Below, in pieces: positions 49,977 to 59,452 of a stretch of DNA of 64,000 nt. This stretch comes from a virus (taxonomy: Duplodnaviria; Heunggongvirae; Uroviricota; Caudoviricetes). The stretch spans positions 362,321 to 426,320 of the IMG/VR virus record IMGVR_UViG_3300020156_000001. One strand, written 5' to 3'. Both the position numbers and the translations under genes were made by a program. The first letter of the stretch is position 1, and every line of letters starts with the position of its first letter. The notes beneath the pieces were generated by a model. It saw only the letters and a list, made by a program, of their open reading frames with translations. It was not told the DNA's origin and did not search any database.

Positions 49977-50387
49977 TCAACCTAAATCACCAAAATCGAA
50001 TAGCTCGTTGATATCGGAGGGAAACATTAGAAGCTTGGTTATAAAGCTTGCGCTCAGCTTCCACACGTAACGGTCTCCTATCAAGTACAACATGATATAA
50101 GACCCGTGCCGAGTGTTGGCTTTGCGGAACGGATTGTGATACCACCGCTTGAGGTAATCGTAATCACCTTTTAGAAGTTGGTAATGCAAGCCGTTGAGGT
50201 TGCTAAGGTCGCAAGTGTAAGTGTGATATTCCTGACCATCGCAAAGCTGTACAAAGGAAGTGTTTTGGATTTCCTTGTAGAGGTTGGATTGGATAAACTC
50301 GGCATTCAGTTCATCTGTAAAATTGATAAACGGAACCTGGTGAATCCCTTTATAGTCGTTGAAATAGAACTTAGTAATATTCTGCAA
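49977..50387 (-). CDS. Hypothetical protein
   Basis: 136-aa ORF overlapping the upstream gene. Confidence 0.5.
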   Translation of the reverse strand: MQNITKFYFNDYKGIHQVPFINFTDELNAEFIQSNLYKEIQNTSFVQLCDGQEYHTYTCDLSNLNGLHYQLLKGDYDYLKRWYHNPFRKANTRHGSYIMLYLIGDRYVWKLSASFITKLLMFPSDINELFDFGDLG

Positions 50388-50730
50388 CTGCTCTAACCAA
50401 TTCGTCTTTTTTGCCTACGAGGTCGCGGAGTGGAACGTGCAAATAGTATTCGGATCTAAACAATCCACGAGCCGAAGTTATCCGATTCTCTATCTCATAG
50501 AGATTGATAATTTCCGGAGCTACCAGCTTTACATATGCGATAAACCGCTTGACCTTTTCGAGATATTCTTCTTCTGATTGTGCATCATAAATCAAAGATA
50601 GGACCGCAAAGACATCATCGCGCATACAAAGGATATTGTAATCTAGGATGAACTGCATAATGTGCTCGTACTTGGAGATGAGCAGATTCTGAACAGTGTA
50701 GTCGATGCGGTCCCGTATCATTTTATTCAC
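50371..50730 (-). CDS. Hypothetical protein
   Basis: Coupled to folE. Confidence 0.5.
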   Translation of the reverse strand: MNKMIRDRIDYTVQNLLISKYEHIMQFILDYNILCMRDDVFAVLSLIYDAQSEEEYLEKVKRFIAYVKLVAPEIINLYEIENRITSARGLFRSEYYLHVPLRDLVGKKDELVRAVAEYY

Positions 50731-51451
50731 ACGAGAAGTTGCTTTGGAGCTTGATGTTGTCGAAGAATTCCTGCTTCAAATCGGAACGTTTGAAGTCACC
50801 GCCCAGCACTGTGGTCTGAGTCTTGGAGTTCTTTGCCATAATGCCGCGGTTTTCGCAGCAACCATGGCTGGCAACAATGTAAACGGCCACGTTTGGAGTT
50901 TCTGTAACCGCTGCAATATCCTTCTGAATACGCTGGCAAAGCTCTTCCTGTAGCGTACCACGGCGTGCGTGGTGCTGAGCAATACGAGTGTACTTGGACA
51001 AGCCAATCACCTTCTTACCTGGAATGATACCAATGTAAGCGGTGCCTGTTACTGGCTGATGGTGATGGCTGCAAACGCTTTTTAGTTCGGAACGAACCAC
51101 AAGCATTCCATCATATTTGGAGTCACCTTCGTTTGGAAACGCCGTTGCTTTTGGTGCCTTTGAGTAACGACCTTCGAAGAGTTCGTACACATACATCTTT
51201 GCCAAACGACGTCCAGTATCCATGCTGTTTGGATCATTTTCGATGTCGATGACTAGGCTTTTGAGTACTTCCTCAAACTTGCCTGCTAGTTCGTCTACCA
51301 GCAATTCTGTCTCACCCTCATGGATGAACTCGCTGATGTTGTCGTTGCTGTAAAAGCTTGAACTTGAGGTCGCAATGCGATCCTTAATTACTTCGCTAAT
51401 CGGCTTTGTCTCTTGCCCGGCAATACCGGTAAGTTTGACTTCGTGTTCCAT
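50723..51451 (-). CDS. folE: GTP cyclohydrolase I
   Basis: DT..RLAKMY, SVCSHH, IGLSK..R, LQE and H.C...RG motifs. Confidence 0.95.
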   Translation of the reverse strand: MEHEVKLTGIAGQETKPISEVIKDRIATSSSSFYSNDNISEFIHEGETELLVDELAGKFEEVLKSLVIDIENDPNSMDTGRRLAKMYVYELFEGRYSKAPKATAFPNEGDSKYDGMLVVRSELKSVCSHHHQPVTGTAYIGIIPGKKVIGLSKYTRIAQHHARRGTLQEELCQRIQKDIAAVTETPNVAVYIVASHGCCENRGIMAKNSKTQTTVLGGDFKRSDLKQEFFDNIKLQSNFSCE

Positions 51452-51762
51452 TAAAAATCTCCTAAAACGTTTGTAGGTTCAATAATTTGTTGGTAAAGAG
51501 GAGGAGTATTGGTATTGGTTAGCAACCACTTAACAAATTCAACTGAATTGTCCCGCAGCATAACGTTGACTTCAAGACCGGGCACGTTGTCATCGGTTTT
51601 GAACTTGTATGCGGCTCTTTCCGTTCGCAGGAACTCCAAATACATTTCGTAATAGAGTTCCGTTGCAATCATATCCTGAAGATCCGGGCCTATCGAATTG
51701 GTGTCAGCTATGTTGTACATAGCCTTCATCTTCCGACCACCTATCTCGTAACGGCAACGCAT
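51451..51762 (-). CDS. Hypothetical protein with a possible gp23-like segment
   Basis: RKMKAMYNI...IATELYYEMYLEFL; AAGGA SD. Confidence 0.55.
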   Translation of the reverse strand: MRCRYEIGGRKMKAMYNIADTNSIGPDLQDMIATELYYEMYLEFLRTERAAYKFKTDDNVPGLEVNVMLRDNSVEFVKWLLTNTNTPPLYQQIIEPTNVLGDF

Positions 51763-51788
51763 TGTTTTTGTTATCCTTTTACTTTACC

Positions 51789-51817
51789 ATTATATTTAGA
51801 AGCATCCTGAATGTCAA
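51789..51817 (-). promoter_or_regulatory. Consensus sigma70 promoter upstream of the folE-queE genes
   Basis: TTGACA-N17-TATAAT. Confidence 0.8.
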
Positions 51818-51827
51818 ATATCAGATG

Positions 51828-52196
51828 TTAATTCGACAGCTTATCCAGCATCAGGAATTTGTCCATGAAGTTCTCGGAATCTTCACGCTTTGTAAAGATA
51901 AACCCAAGTAGGCAAAACCATTCTTCTTGGTCATCGTCTGTGGTACAATGGTTTACCACAGACCACGGCTCATCAGTTGGAAAATCTTTGGCCCAATTTT
52001 CCAAGCGTTCCATGAATACGGCTCTCATATATGTTTCAATAGTTGAGGTATTATATGAGCCGCTCAGTTTTAGCCCAAGCCGTACCATGACTTGATTCTC
52101 AAACATTCCAACCACATACGGGTTGGAACTTAGTAGAAAACGTTCGGGAATCTGCTTGCTACGGTAAGCTTCAATAATGTTTACTTCATCACTCAT
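51828..52196 (-). CDS. Hypothetical protein
   Basis: ATGA coupling with the glycosyltransferase. Confidence 0.55.
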   Translation of the reverse strand: MSDEVNIIEAYRSKQIPERFLLSSNPYVVGMFENQVMVRLGLKLSGSYNTSTIETYMRAVFMERLENWAKDFPTDEPWSVVNHCTTDDDQEEWFCLLGFIFTKREDSENFMDKFLMLDKLSN

Positions 52197-53278
52197 GCCA
52201 GCAGTTTATCCACCATTGGTCCCGCAGTTAGGAACCGGTCCATGAGAATCTCCCGCTGACGAGGAAGCTCACCCATTGGAAGCCCATCCGCTGTTAGCAA
52301 GTAACGCAAATGCGCAATCACGTTTACGCGGTTTGCTTCATATGCTGCCCAAGATTCAGTCCATTCGCTTGGATACTTGAACGCGCTAACATACATTTCC
52401 GAGTAGCTGAGACGATCAGGAACCATTGGAAGTGTGTCAACGAGAACACCTTCCATTGCTGAGATGCCCAGTGTTTCCTGCAAGTTTGCGCTGAACACGA
52501 CCTTTGCCTCACCAAGCAAACGATGATACTCATCCTTGGTAAGCTTTGTGTCCTGACAAACAACAAAATCCACATCCGGCATATGCAGGGCAAGATCGCG
52601 GAAGATCTCAGGCTGCTTTTCCGGGGCCACGCGGTGAGGGAACAATACGAGGTCCCGCTTTGCTAGTCCCTTGAACGGAGCAAGTTCATCAACGAGTTCA
52701 TTGTGCGGCTGACCTGAAATCACATACTTCTCAGGATCCTGTTCCCAACCATCAAACAGAACTTCATTAAACAATTGCTTGTGGAATTCTGTTGCAAAAT
52801 AGTTGAAATCGCTTGCAAAGAAGTAGGAACGTTCAGCCGAATAAGTCCATCGCTTGTCCGTGATCTTACGTCCCAAAAAGTCCTGTGGATCATAAGAACC
52901 AGCGTGCCACATACTATGGATTTCAACAGGAATATCCGTTAGCTGGCTCATGTACTTGGCCTGTAGGATCCCAGGATGCCAAGCATCCGTGAAGAGGATC
53001 TTATCTCCGGCTTGCACGGAACCATTTGCAAACATGTTTGCAAGTGATTCAACCTGAGTGGACTTCCAAATGTTGGTTGCGGTAAAGTTCAAAAACGCAC
53101 CCGCGGTAACATTGGAATTTGTTTGCTTGCCGCCGATGTTGATCACATCAACTTGCTTGCCTTGCTTTTCCGCTTCTGCCCTTAGCAGAGCTGGAATGCC
53201 GTTGTACCACTGGCCGGTATACCGGGTATCCAGTGGCTCCAACGCCATGATAAAGATGTTGTGCTTGCTGCGGCTCAT
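52193..53278 (-). CDS. GT-B glycosyltransferase-like protein
   Basis: FPHRVAPEKQP, QETLGISAMEG and P.VPDRLSYSEM (GT4-like C-terminal motifs). Confidence 0.75.
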   Translation of the reverse strand: MSRSKHNIFIMALEPLDTRYTGQWYNGIPALLRAEAEKQGKQVDVINIGGKQTNSNVTAGAFLNFTATNIWKSTQVESLANMFANGSVQAGDKILFTDAWHPGILQAKYMSQLTDIPVEIHSMWHAGSYDPQDFLGRKITDKRWTYSAERSYFFASDFNYFATEFHKQLFNEVLFDGWEQDPEKYVISGQPHNELVDELAPFKGLAKRDLVLFPHRVAPEKQPEIFRDLALHMPDVDFVVCQDTKLTKDEYHRLLGEAKVVFSANLQETLGISAMEGVLVDTLPMVPDRLSYSEMYVSAFKYPSEWTESWAAYEANRVNVIAHLRYLLTADGLPMGELPRQREILMDRFLTAGPMVDKLLA

Positions 53279-53658
53279 AGAGGCTGACCCGAAAATGTTG
53301 TTGTGGAACCGTTTTCACCATCTTCCGCAATGTGGATGATAACCTTGCGGTTTGGATAACGTGCTTGAATCTGCACGTAGAGATCCTTGGTGATCATCTC
53401 ACAGCTTTTGAAATCAAGTTCCAGTGTGCCATCGTAAAGCCCTTGCAGCCAACGCTTAAACTGGATGAACTCAATATCTCTATCATCGTGGAAAACTTGG
53501 ATCTCCACTTTGAACTTGAAGATATGTCGATGAATGTAACCCAAAAAGCTGACGTCATACTTGTCGCCAGTCTTCAACTTTGGATCGTCAAGAGCCGCTG
53601 GGTACTTGTGCAGGCCTTCCTTGTCGAATGTAACCCAAATCATCTGTTCTACTAACAT
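53275..53658 (-). CDS. QueD/PTPS-like T-fold protein
   Basis: H.YP, HRHIF, DRDIEF, SCEM and EDGENG motifs; lies near folE and queE. Confidence 0.65.
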   Translation of the reverse strand: MLVEQMIWVTFDKEGLHKYPAALDDPKLKTGDKYDVSFLGYIHRHIFKFKVEIQVFHDDRDIEFIQFKRWLQGLYDGTLELDFKSCEMITKDLYVQIQARYPNRKVIIHIAEDGENGSTTTFSGQPL

Positions 53659-53728
53659 GAAAACTCCTTTTGTTTCATGTTCCTATTATACGAAAAAGGA
53701 ACAGAAAACTCAATATTTAGAATATGAT

Positions 53729-53752
53729 AAGAGGGACCTTTGAGGTCCCTCT
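53729..53752 (-). terminator. Rho-independent terminator
   Basis: gagggacct-ttg-aggtccctc hairpin downstream of the clamp gene. Confidence 0.6.
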
Positions 53753-53816
53753 CTAAGTTGGCCCAATTTGGTTTGGATCACCGCCTTTACATGGGTTGCG
53801 GGCCAGGTTTACTTCC

Positions 53817-54554
53817 TTACTTCTTACGAGCAGGAAGAATCATGCTGTACTTTGCATAATCAGTTTCAAGCGTGATACGCAGGGCGCCGAGGTTCATGAA
53901 GGACATTTCCGGCTTTTCGTTCTTACCAACCTTGAGTACGGTGAGAACCTGATTGATCGGCCAGAACATCGTTGTTGTGATGTTGCCTTCGATGCCATCA
54001 GCAAAGGTCATGCGTGCGCTGTGGTTGGAACCAGCTGCATCACCAATGTGGAACTCCAAGTTTTCCTTTGCAGTCTTCACGGAGAAGAACTGCTCAATGC
54101 TGGAGTACAGGCTAGCAAGTGTAGAGAACTCCTGAATCTTGGAATCAGTTGGTTCGATTGTAACGTCCCAGTTGTTCTGCTTGAGCTGTGCCTGTGCAGG
54201 AAGAAGGTCTGCGCTCATGAAACGGAAGTCGGCGCGGCCGCCATCTTCGGAAGAGAAGTTAAGCTCTTCAGGAGTTTCAACACCCTTACGCTCAGTGCGC
54301 TTGACTTCAATCTTGGCGTCATCGCTGCGGTATGTTGGGAGGTTGAGAAGACCCTGAAGCAAGCTCAAGTTACGCATACCAAATTCGCCCTTAAGCGCGG
54401 GTTCTGCTTCCTTAAGCTCAGCGCGGATGATGATTGTACGCTCATCGTCCATCGCCTCAAACACTGTCTTGTCGTCTGTGCCGGTTACGCGCACGGATTC
54501 AACAAAACCCAGACCGCTGGTGTGCTTGATAATGTCGAGTAGTTTTTCACGCAT
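53817..54554 (-). CDS. DNA polymerase sliding clamp (gp45-like)
   Basis: 245 aa with an alternating alpha/beta pattern, ending YSMILPA; lies near the DNA polymerase. Confidence 0.6.
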   Translation of the reverse strand: MREKLLDIIKHTSGLGFVESVRVTGTDDKTVFEAMDDERTIIIRAELKEAEPALKGEFGMRNLSLLQGLLNLPTYRSDDAKIEVKRTERKGVETPEELNFSSEDGGRADFRFMSADLLPAQAQLKQNNWDVTIEPTDSKIQEFSTLASLYSSIEQFFSVKTAKENLEFHIGDAAGSNHSARMTFADGIEGNITTTMFWPINQVLTVLKVGKNEKPEMSFMNLGALRITLETDYAKYSMILPARKK

Positions 54555-54590
54555 TGCGGAAATATCCTTTTGTTTTTATTATTGTTTTGT

Positions 54591-54619
54591 ACTCTAAACT
54601 CTGAAAACTTGGACGTCAA
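54591..54619 (-). promoter_or_regulatory. Sigma70-type promoter
   Basis: TTGACG-N17-TAGAGT. Confidence 0.6.
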
Positions 54620-54624
54620 TATTT

Positions 54625-54945
54625 TTAGAATATTTGTGTTTCTTCAGCTTCTTCGTCGTCTACGAAATAAATCCGTATGCGGTAGCCCTGGAGCTCATTA
54701 TGTTCGACACGATAAGTGAGTTCCGTTAGCTGAGACTCTTCGGTAAGCCATTGGGCGGAAAGCTTGAATTCGTCATCCAATACTGCCCAACCTGCCCACT
54801 CCAATTGAATGTCGTGGAAGAATCGTTCACCAACGCTGCGGTCGATAGATGAGATTTCTGCACGGGTTGGGTTGTGCTGGGTATTTGTAAGAAATACCCG
54901 AAGTCTTCTTGGCATAATCAGTTCCTCAGAATGTGAATAGGTCAT
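54625..54945 (-). CDS. Hypothetical protein
   Basis: Overlaps the end of the polymerase gene. Confidence 0.5.
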   Translation of the reverse strand: MTYSHSEELIMPRRLRVFLTNTQHNPTRAEISSIDRSVGERFFHDIQLEWAGWAVLDDEFKLSAQWLTEESQLTELTYRVEHNELQGYRIRIYFVDDEEAEETQIF

Positions 54946-57900
54946 TAAAGGTTGTGTCCTCGCGTGTTGCCTTCAGGTCCCACTTTAGAACACCAATCAA
55001 GTTGTTAACCTTCTTGTCGATAATGGTTTCTTCCATTAGCTCGGTGTCAAACGGCAAAGCTTTAAACCATTCAGGAAGATGACGCTGATCGTAAGGATAC
55101 GCAACAGAGTTGATCTTCATTGGGTTTGGCAAAAGCTTGCAAACGATAACCTTGCTACCATCTGTAATGTCGGTGCTGTAGTTGTCGTCCATTGCCTTCT
55201 TTAGTCGGTTCCAGTTAATCGATGCTCTAACGTGGCCTGGAACAGTATCCTTCTTTTCCTTCTCCACGCTGCGGGTCTTGTAGATGTTGTCGCCGCCCAT
55301 ACGCATGTCATAAGCGTCCATGCGTTCCTGGTGAGAGGTCAAACCGTTGACCTTCTTTGGCGTTCCCTGTTCCCAAGGTTCCATCTTACGGAATTCGTTT
55401 CGGAACTCCCTAATCTGTCCTATAATAGAGTCCTCAGTACCACCTGTCAAAATATCCATTAGAATTTTAGACAAAAAGTCCTGCATGAACTTTGGGGTAT
55501 CAGCGCGTTTTAGATCTAGACCCATTGCCTTGATCTTGCCGGGCTTGCCGTCGAGATCCAAACGCTTGTTATCTTCATCCCAAAACTTTAGAACAGCATA
55601 CCGCTTCTTCTTGATGAACATGCCAGTTTCCGCAACTAGCTCAAGACCCGCAGCAATAATCGCACCACGTTCCATACCCGTGTTAAACGCATCGGTCATA
55701 AAATATGGGAACGATTCGTTTACCATGTCGCCAATGTTCAAATACAAAGCCAGCATTTGGTCTTTGTCATCAGCAAGTGGTGCGGTTTCCTTGTCCGACT
55801 TCAACATGTTGTAAGCGGAGAAGTAACTGGAGTCAGTATCCGCGTAAACGATACCTTCTCCATCGTATTGATAAATGCCAGTAATGCACTCGTTTACCTT
55901 CGAGTTCATGTGCTTGGCAATGCTTCGACCAGTAAGCGTAACCGACTGACCAATGCGCTTATCGTAGAACCGGCAGCCTTCGTTGAGCAACGCACCATAC
56001 AAGGAGTTCAACAAGATCTTACGTGCAAGCTGACGCTGATCCCAAAAACCAAAACGGGATTGGTAATAAGCTGTCTGCTCCTCATTTGCTTTGATGCGGT
56101 GCTTGGAGATAACCAAGTTGTTCGCAGCCATAAACTCCTTGATCGCAGACGTGTCTTCCGCTTGCACAAGCTCCTTAAGCTTGCTTACATCGTATTCACT
56201 TGTAATGTCGCTGGGTGGCGTTCCTGCGTAACCAGCGAGTGCTTCCTCAATCTCCGGAGAGATCTCCACACCCTTTAGCAGATCAGCAAACTTGCTTTTT
56301 TCCTTCTGCATCTGCCTACGCTCTGCATACCAACGCTCAAGCAGACCTGGAATGATCGCTTTAACATCGGTTCGGAAGATCGTACCATTTGCAGATACCG
56401 CATAAGCTTTGTCTGATTCAAAGATGTACTTGTAGAGATCCTTGCCCGACACTGTAGCGGTTTCGCCTGCCTCAAAATCAACAGTTAGGCGATCCGGCGC
56501 TTTCTGTTGCATGAGGTCGAATTCAATCGTTGCAAACAACCCATGCCACGCGTCAGTCTTGCTGCCCTTTGCCTTCTTCTTGCCCGCAACAGATGCGGCC
56601 ATACGTGAGGCAATAAGCTGATCTGTCCGATCCGAACGAATCTGACCAACCAGTGTTTCCGGACCCATGTTGAGCGCACGCAAAGCAGATGGATAAAGAG
56701 AGTTGATGTCCACGCAACCAATCATTCGGTGCATACCCTTTTTAGGGTCCGCCACATACGCACCTACCGCGTTGTTGCCATCATCCTCGTCGTCTTCGTC
56801 CTCGTCTTCTTCATCGTCATGGATAAAGCTGCCTGGATCGTACGGAGAATCACCTTCACGCTCAGGACGAGACATAACTTGCATGCCTTTTTCCCAAGTT
56901 TCGTTCACAATAGCTTGCTCAATAAGTGCAACCGAACCCATTGTCGTTTGCAGCAGAACTGAGTTAGTATGTGCGAGCTGATTTGCCAGTTCGATGTATC
57001 GGCACTTTGCGTCGATTTTAACCAGCAGCAGGGTGTCCTGGCGGTTATACTCGATAAACGTTTTGAAGTCTCGCTTGTACAGGGCGTCCAGCGACCCCTC
57101 ATATGGCGTTTTGTTTTCGCCTACGATAACTTCGCCAACGTGGTCCAGCTTGTACGAGTGAAGTTCTGCCGAACTATGCTTTTGAAACAGTTCCAAATAG
57201 TCCAAGTGTACTCGTCCAACAAGATCATAAGTCTCTTGTTCCTTCTTGAACTTTACATACTTCCGCTTCTTTGGGCGCTGGCCCCACAAGCACATTTTCT
57301 TCGCATAATCCTTGCCGAGGATTCGCTCAACGCGATTCACAACATAGGGAATATCGAAGCCGGTGGAGTTCCAGCCGCTGAGAACATCTGCATCCTCAAT
57401 AATATCGAGGAACATTTTAAGCAGTTCTTCTTCGTCGTTACACAGGTACGTGTCGTCGAACTGGTTAACAATGCTCTCAGCGGCTTCCCAAGTTAGGTAG
57501 TCCTTGTCTGTCTGCGGAAGCTCAGGCTTTAGAACAAGCGTGATTAGCTTCTTTGTGCTAGACAGGTGGAGCGAAATTGCCGTAATTGGTGCAAAAGGAT
57601 CATGAGTTGGTGCGTAACCTCGCAGTGGATCAAAGTCCACCTCAATATCGAAAAAGCCAATATTGAGTTCCGGTGTTGGAAGTGTGAGGTAATTCTCGCT
57701 TAGGCACCTGAATATCGGATTGATATCGTGCTCATGAATCTTCCGCCCGAGACGCTGCATATCAGCAAGATCCTTGCGGAACTTTTTGCTGTCAGTTGTC
57801 TCATACTTCGTGCAGGGATCGCCCCACATCGTCTTGTGCCTACCCCTAGGGTCCTCATAGTAAAAGACGTGCTTGGCTGGCAGAACGTTAAACACGCGCT

Positions 57901-57970
57901 GCCCGTTGATTCGCTCTACAATGTGAATTTCATCATTTTGTTTTGAGTGAATCGCGTCAACGTATGTCAT
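54926..57970 (-). CDS. Family B DNA polymerase
   Basis: Exonuclease motifs FDIE, GWNSTGFD and YNRQD; polymerase motifs DINSLYPS, KILLNSLYG, YADTDS and KKRY. Confidence 0.95.
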   Translation of the reverse strand: MTYVDAIHSKQNDEIHIVERINGQRVFNVLPAKHVFYYEDPRGRHKTMWGDPCTKYETTDSKKFRKDLADMQRLGRKIHEHDINPIFRCLSENYLTLPTPELNIGFFDIEVDFDPLRGYAPTHDPFAPITAISLHLSSTKKLITLVLKPELPQTDKDYLTWEAAESIVNQFDDTYLCNDEEELLKMFLDIIEDADVLSGWNSTGFDIPYVVNRVERILGKDYAKKMCLWGQRPKKRKYVKFKKEQETYDLVGRVHLDYLELFQKHSSAELHSYKLDHVGEVIVGENKTPYEGSLDALYKRDFKTFIEYNRQDTLLLVKIDAKCRYIELANQLAHTNSVLLQTTMGSVALIEQAIVNETWEKGMQVMSRPEREGDSPYDPGSFIHDDEEDEDEDDEDDGNNAVGAYVADPKKGMHRMIGCVDINSLYPSALRALNMGPETLVGQIRSDRTDQLIASRMAASVAGKKKAKGSKTDAWHGLFATIEFDLMQQKAPDRLTVDFEAGETATVSGKDLYKYIFESDKAYAVSANGTIFRTDVKAIIPGLLERWYAERRQMQKEKSKFADLLKGVEISPEIEEALAGYAGTPPSDITSEYDVSKLKELVQAEDTSAIKEFMAANNLVISKHRIKANEEQTAYYQSRFGFWDQRQLARKILLNSLYGALLNEGCRFYDKRIGQSVTLTGRSIAKHMNSKVNECITGIYQYDGEGIVYADTDSSYFSAYNMLKSDKETAPLADDKDQMLALYLNIGDMVNESFPYFMTDAFNTGMERGAIIAAGLELVAETGMFIKKKRYAVLKFWDEDNKRLDLDGKPGKIKAMGLDLKRADTPKFMQDFLSKILMDILTGGTEDSIIGQIREFRNEFRKMEPWEQGTPKKVNGLTSHQERMDAYDMRMGGDNIYKTRSVEKEKKDTVPGHVRASINWNRLKKAMDDNYSTDITDGSKVIVCKLLPNPMKINSVAYPYDQRHLPEWFKALPFDTELMEETIIDKKVNNLIGVLKWDLKATREDTTFNDLFTF

Positions 57971-58032
57971 CGTTCTGTCCTTTTTCTTATTATTTGTTAA
58001 CTATAATACCAGAGCTAAAATGCGTTCAATAT

Positions 58033-58329
58033 CTAAAACTGCATCATCAATTTTATACGAACCGCGTCCTGATACTTAGCAAACCGTATTTCATAATGCC
58101 GAGACTGATAAGGTGGTTCCGTAAACCACACTTTTGAGGTTGGTGCTTCAGGTTCAAGCAAGTAGAAGGTCATATGGAAGCGAGAAGCAACCATGGCCTC
58201 AGCATAGATTAGGTCTTCGAGTTCACCAATGTTAGTGCATCCACTCAAGCAAACCGTATGCGGGAGAACCTCTTTTACATTAACAGGTCGCCCATAATTG
58301 GTATCTAATATCTCTCTGGTATAGCTCAT
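58033..58329 (-). CDS. Hypothetical protein (FKL-like family)
   Basis: Ends RFAKYQDAVRIKL. Confidence 0.5.
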   Translation of the reverse strand: MSYTREILDTNYGRPVNVKEVLPHTVCLSGCTNIGELEDLIYAEAMVASRFHMTFYLLEPEAPTSKVWFTEPPYQSRHYEIRFAKYQDAVRIKLMMQF

Positions 58330-58345
58330 TGGACTCTGCTCAAAA

Positions 58346-58375
58346 TTATAGCGGAGATTGTCGCCTCCGCTATAA
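58346..58375 (-). terminator. Rho-independent terminator
   Basis: ttatagcggag...ctccgctataa. Confidence 0.6.
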
Positions 58376-58384
58376 TGGGCTAAC

Positions 58385-58642
58385 TTAGAGCTTGCCTACA
58401 ACGTTAAGGATTTCTTCAACGTTGTCGAGTTCTTCGCGGGTGTCTGCGATGTTAGCCTTGAAAGCTGCACGGATTGCCTTATTGATGGCGCTTGGCTTGA
58501 TACCAAGTTCTTCCGCAACAGCCTTCACGGTGTCGTTAAGCGCGCCCTTCAAGTCCTCAACTTCCTGAGTAACCTTGATGCCTTCGTTGACAACGTGCTT
58601 GAGCTTTGCCTTGTCTTCGCTTGTGAGACCGGTGATGTTCAT
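58385..58642 (-). CDS. dsDNA-binding protein (T4 DsbA/GapR-like)
   Basis: 85-aa helical protein, EVEDLKGALNDTVKAVAEELGIKPSAINKAIR. Confidence 0.6.
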   Translation of the reverse strand: MNITGLTSEDKAKLKHVVNEGIKVTQEVEDLKGALNDTVKAVAEELGIKPSAINKAIRAAFKANIADTREELDNVEEILNVVGKL

Positions 58643-58708
58643 TTCTGCTTCCTTTTGTGTAAAAGTTTATTATCCTTTTATACACTCAGGAAACAGAAAG
58701 ATCAAAAT

Positions 58709-59416
58709 TTATTTCCACTTCTTGCGAACCTTTACGGCACGATTCTGTGGGTGGTTTGGAGAGAAGTCAGGCTGATTCAATTCGGAGAAGCCTTTGGCGA
58801 TTGCCTTGTAAGCGTGGCCCTTGGCCGCAATGTCTTCTTCGTTGATCTTTTTAGAGCGACCAGTTGCGGTCTTACCAGCGGCTGAAGCAAGTTCATCCAT
58901 AACGTCCTCAGTAAGCGAGGAATTATCCGTTGATACCACTGTCATGTTTGCGCGTTCGATGTAGTCGAGAACCTTGTTGTATTCATCCAAGTTGTCGAAC
59001 TCAATAACTGCGACTGTACGGTTTTGATTTTCTAGGAAGTCCCAACGACGCTTGAGTGCGTCCTTTGCCGTTTTTAGACCAGCTGTATCGTCAAAGCTGA
59101 TAAAGCATGGGTTCATGCTCTTGATACGCCAAGGAATGCTCTTGTACATGAGGATACCACTGGCCTGCTCAACTTCTTCGCTGTTCTTAAAATACAGAAC
59201 ATTGCCATCCGGAGATAGATCCGCAGGGGCTGGCATCTCTGCCGCAGGAACTGCATCAACACGAGCAATAAGCTCACCTGTCTCGTCCGCATCCAAGTCC
59301 ATATCTTCTGCGACTTTTTCGGCTGCTTCTTTGCGAGACTTGCCCTTCTTTACAAGGGTTTTAACCTTCTTCTCTGCTTCGAGCAGAAGGGTTTCAAAAA
59401 TGATATCTTTCTTCAT
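58709..59416 (-). CDS. Hypothetical protein, possibly late
   Basis: TAAATA upstream at 59444-59449 on the minus strand. Confidence 0.65.
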   Translation of the reverse strand: MKKDIIFETLLLEAEKKVKTLVKKGKSRKEAAEKVAEDMDLDADETGELIARVDAVPAAEMPAPADLSPDGNVLYFKNSEEVEQASGILMYKSIPWRIKSMNPCFISFDDTAGLKTAKDALKRRWDFLENQNRTVAVIEFDNLDEYNKVLDYIERANMTVVSTDNSSLTEDVMDELASAAGKTATGRSKKINEEDIAAKGHAYKAIAKGFSELNQPDFSPNHPQNRAVKVRKKWK

Positions 59417-59452
59417 AAGGGAACTCCATAGCTGGCTTTCCCATATTTACGC

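Noticed and set aside
53660-53816. preQ1 riboswitch upstream of the queD-like gene
   Set aside because: Only a terminator-like hairpin is evident; I could not match the preQ1 aptamer consensus.
53796-54542. 248-aa + strand ORF
   Set aside because: It lies entirely antisense to the clamp gene, which has its own promoter, SD and terminator.
54926-57970. Intein or intron in the DNA polymerase
   Set aside because: The ORF is continuous, and the insertions lack C/S...HN splice motifs and homing-endonuclease signatures.
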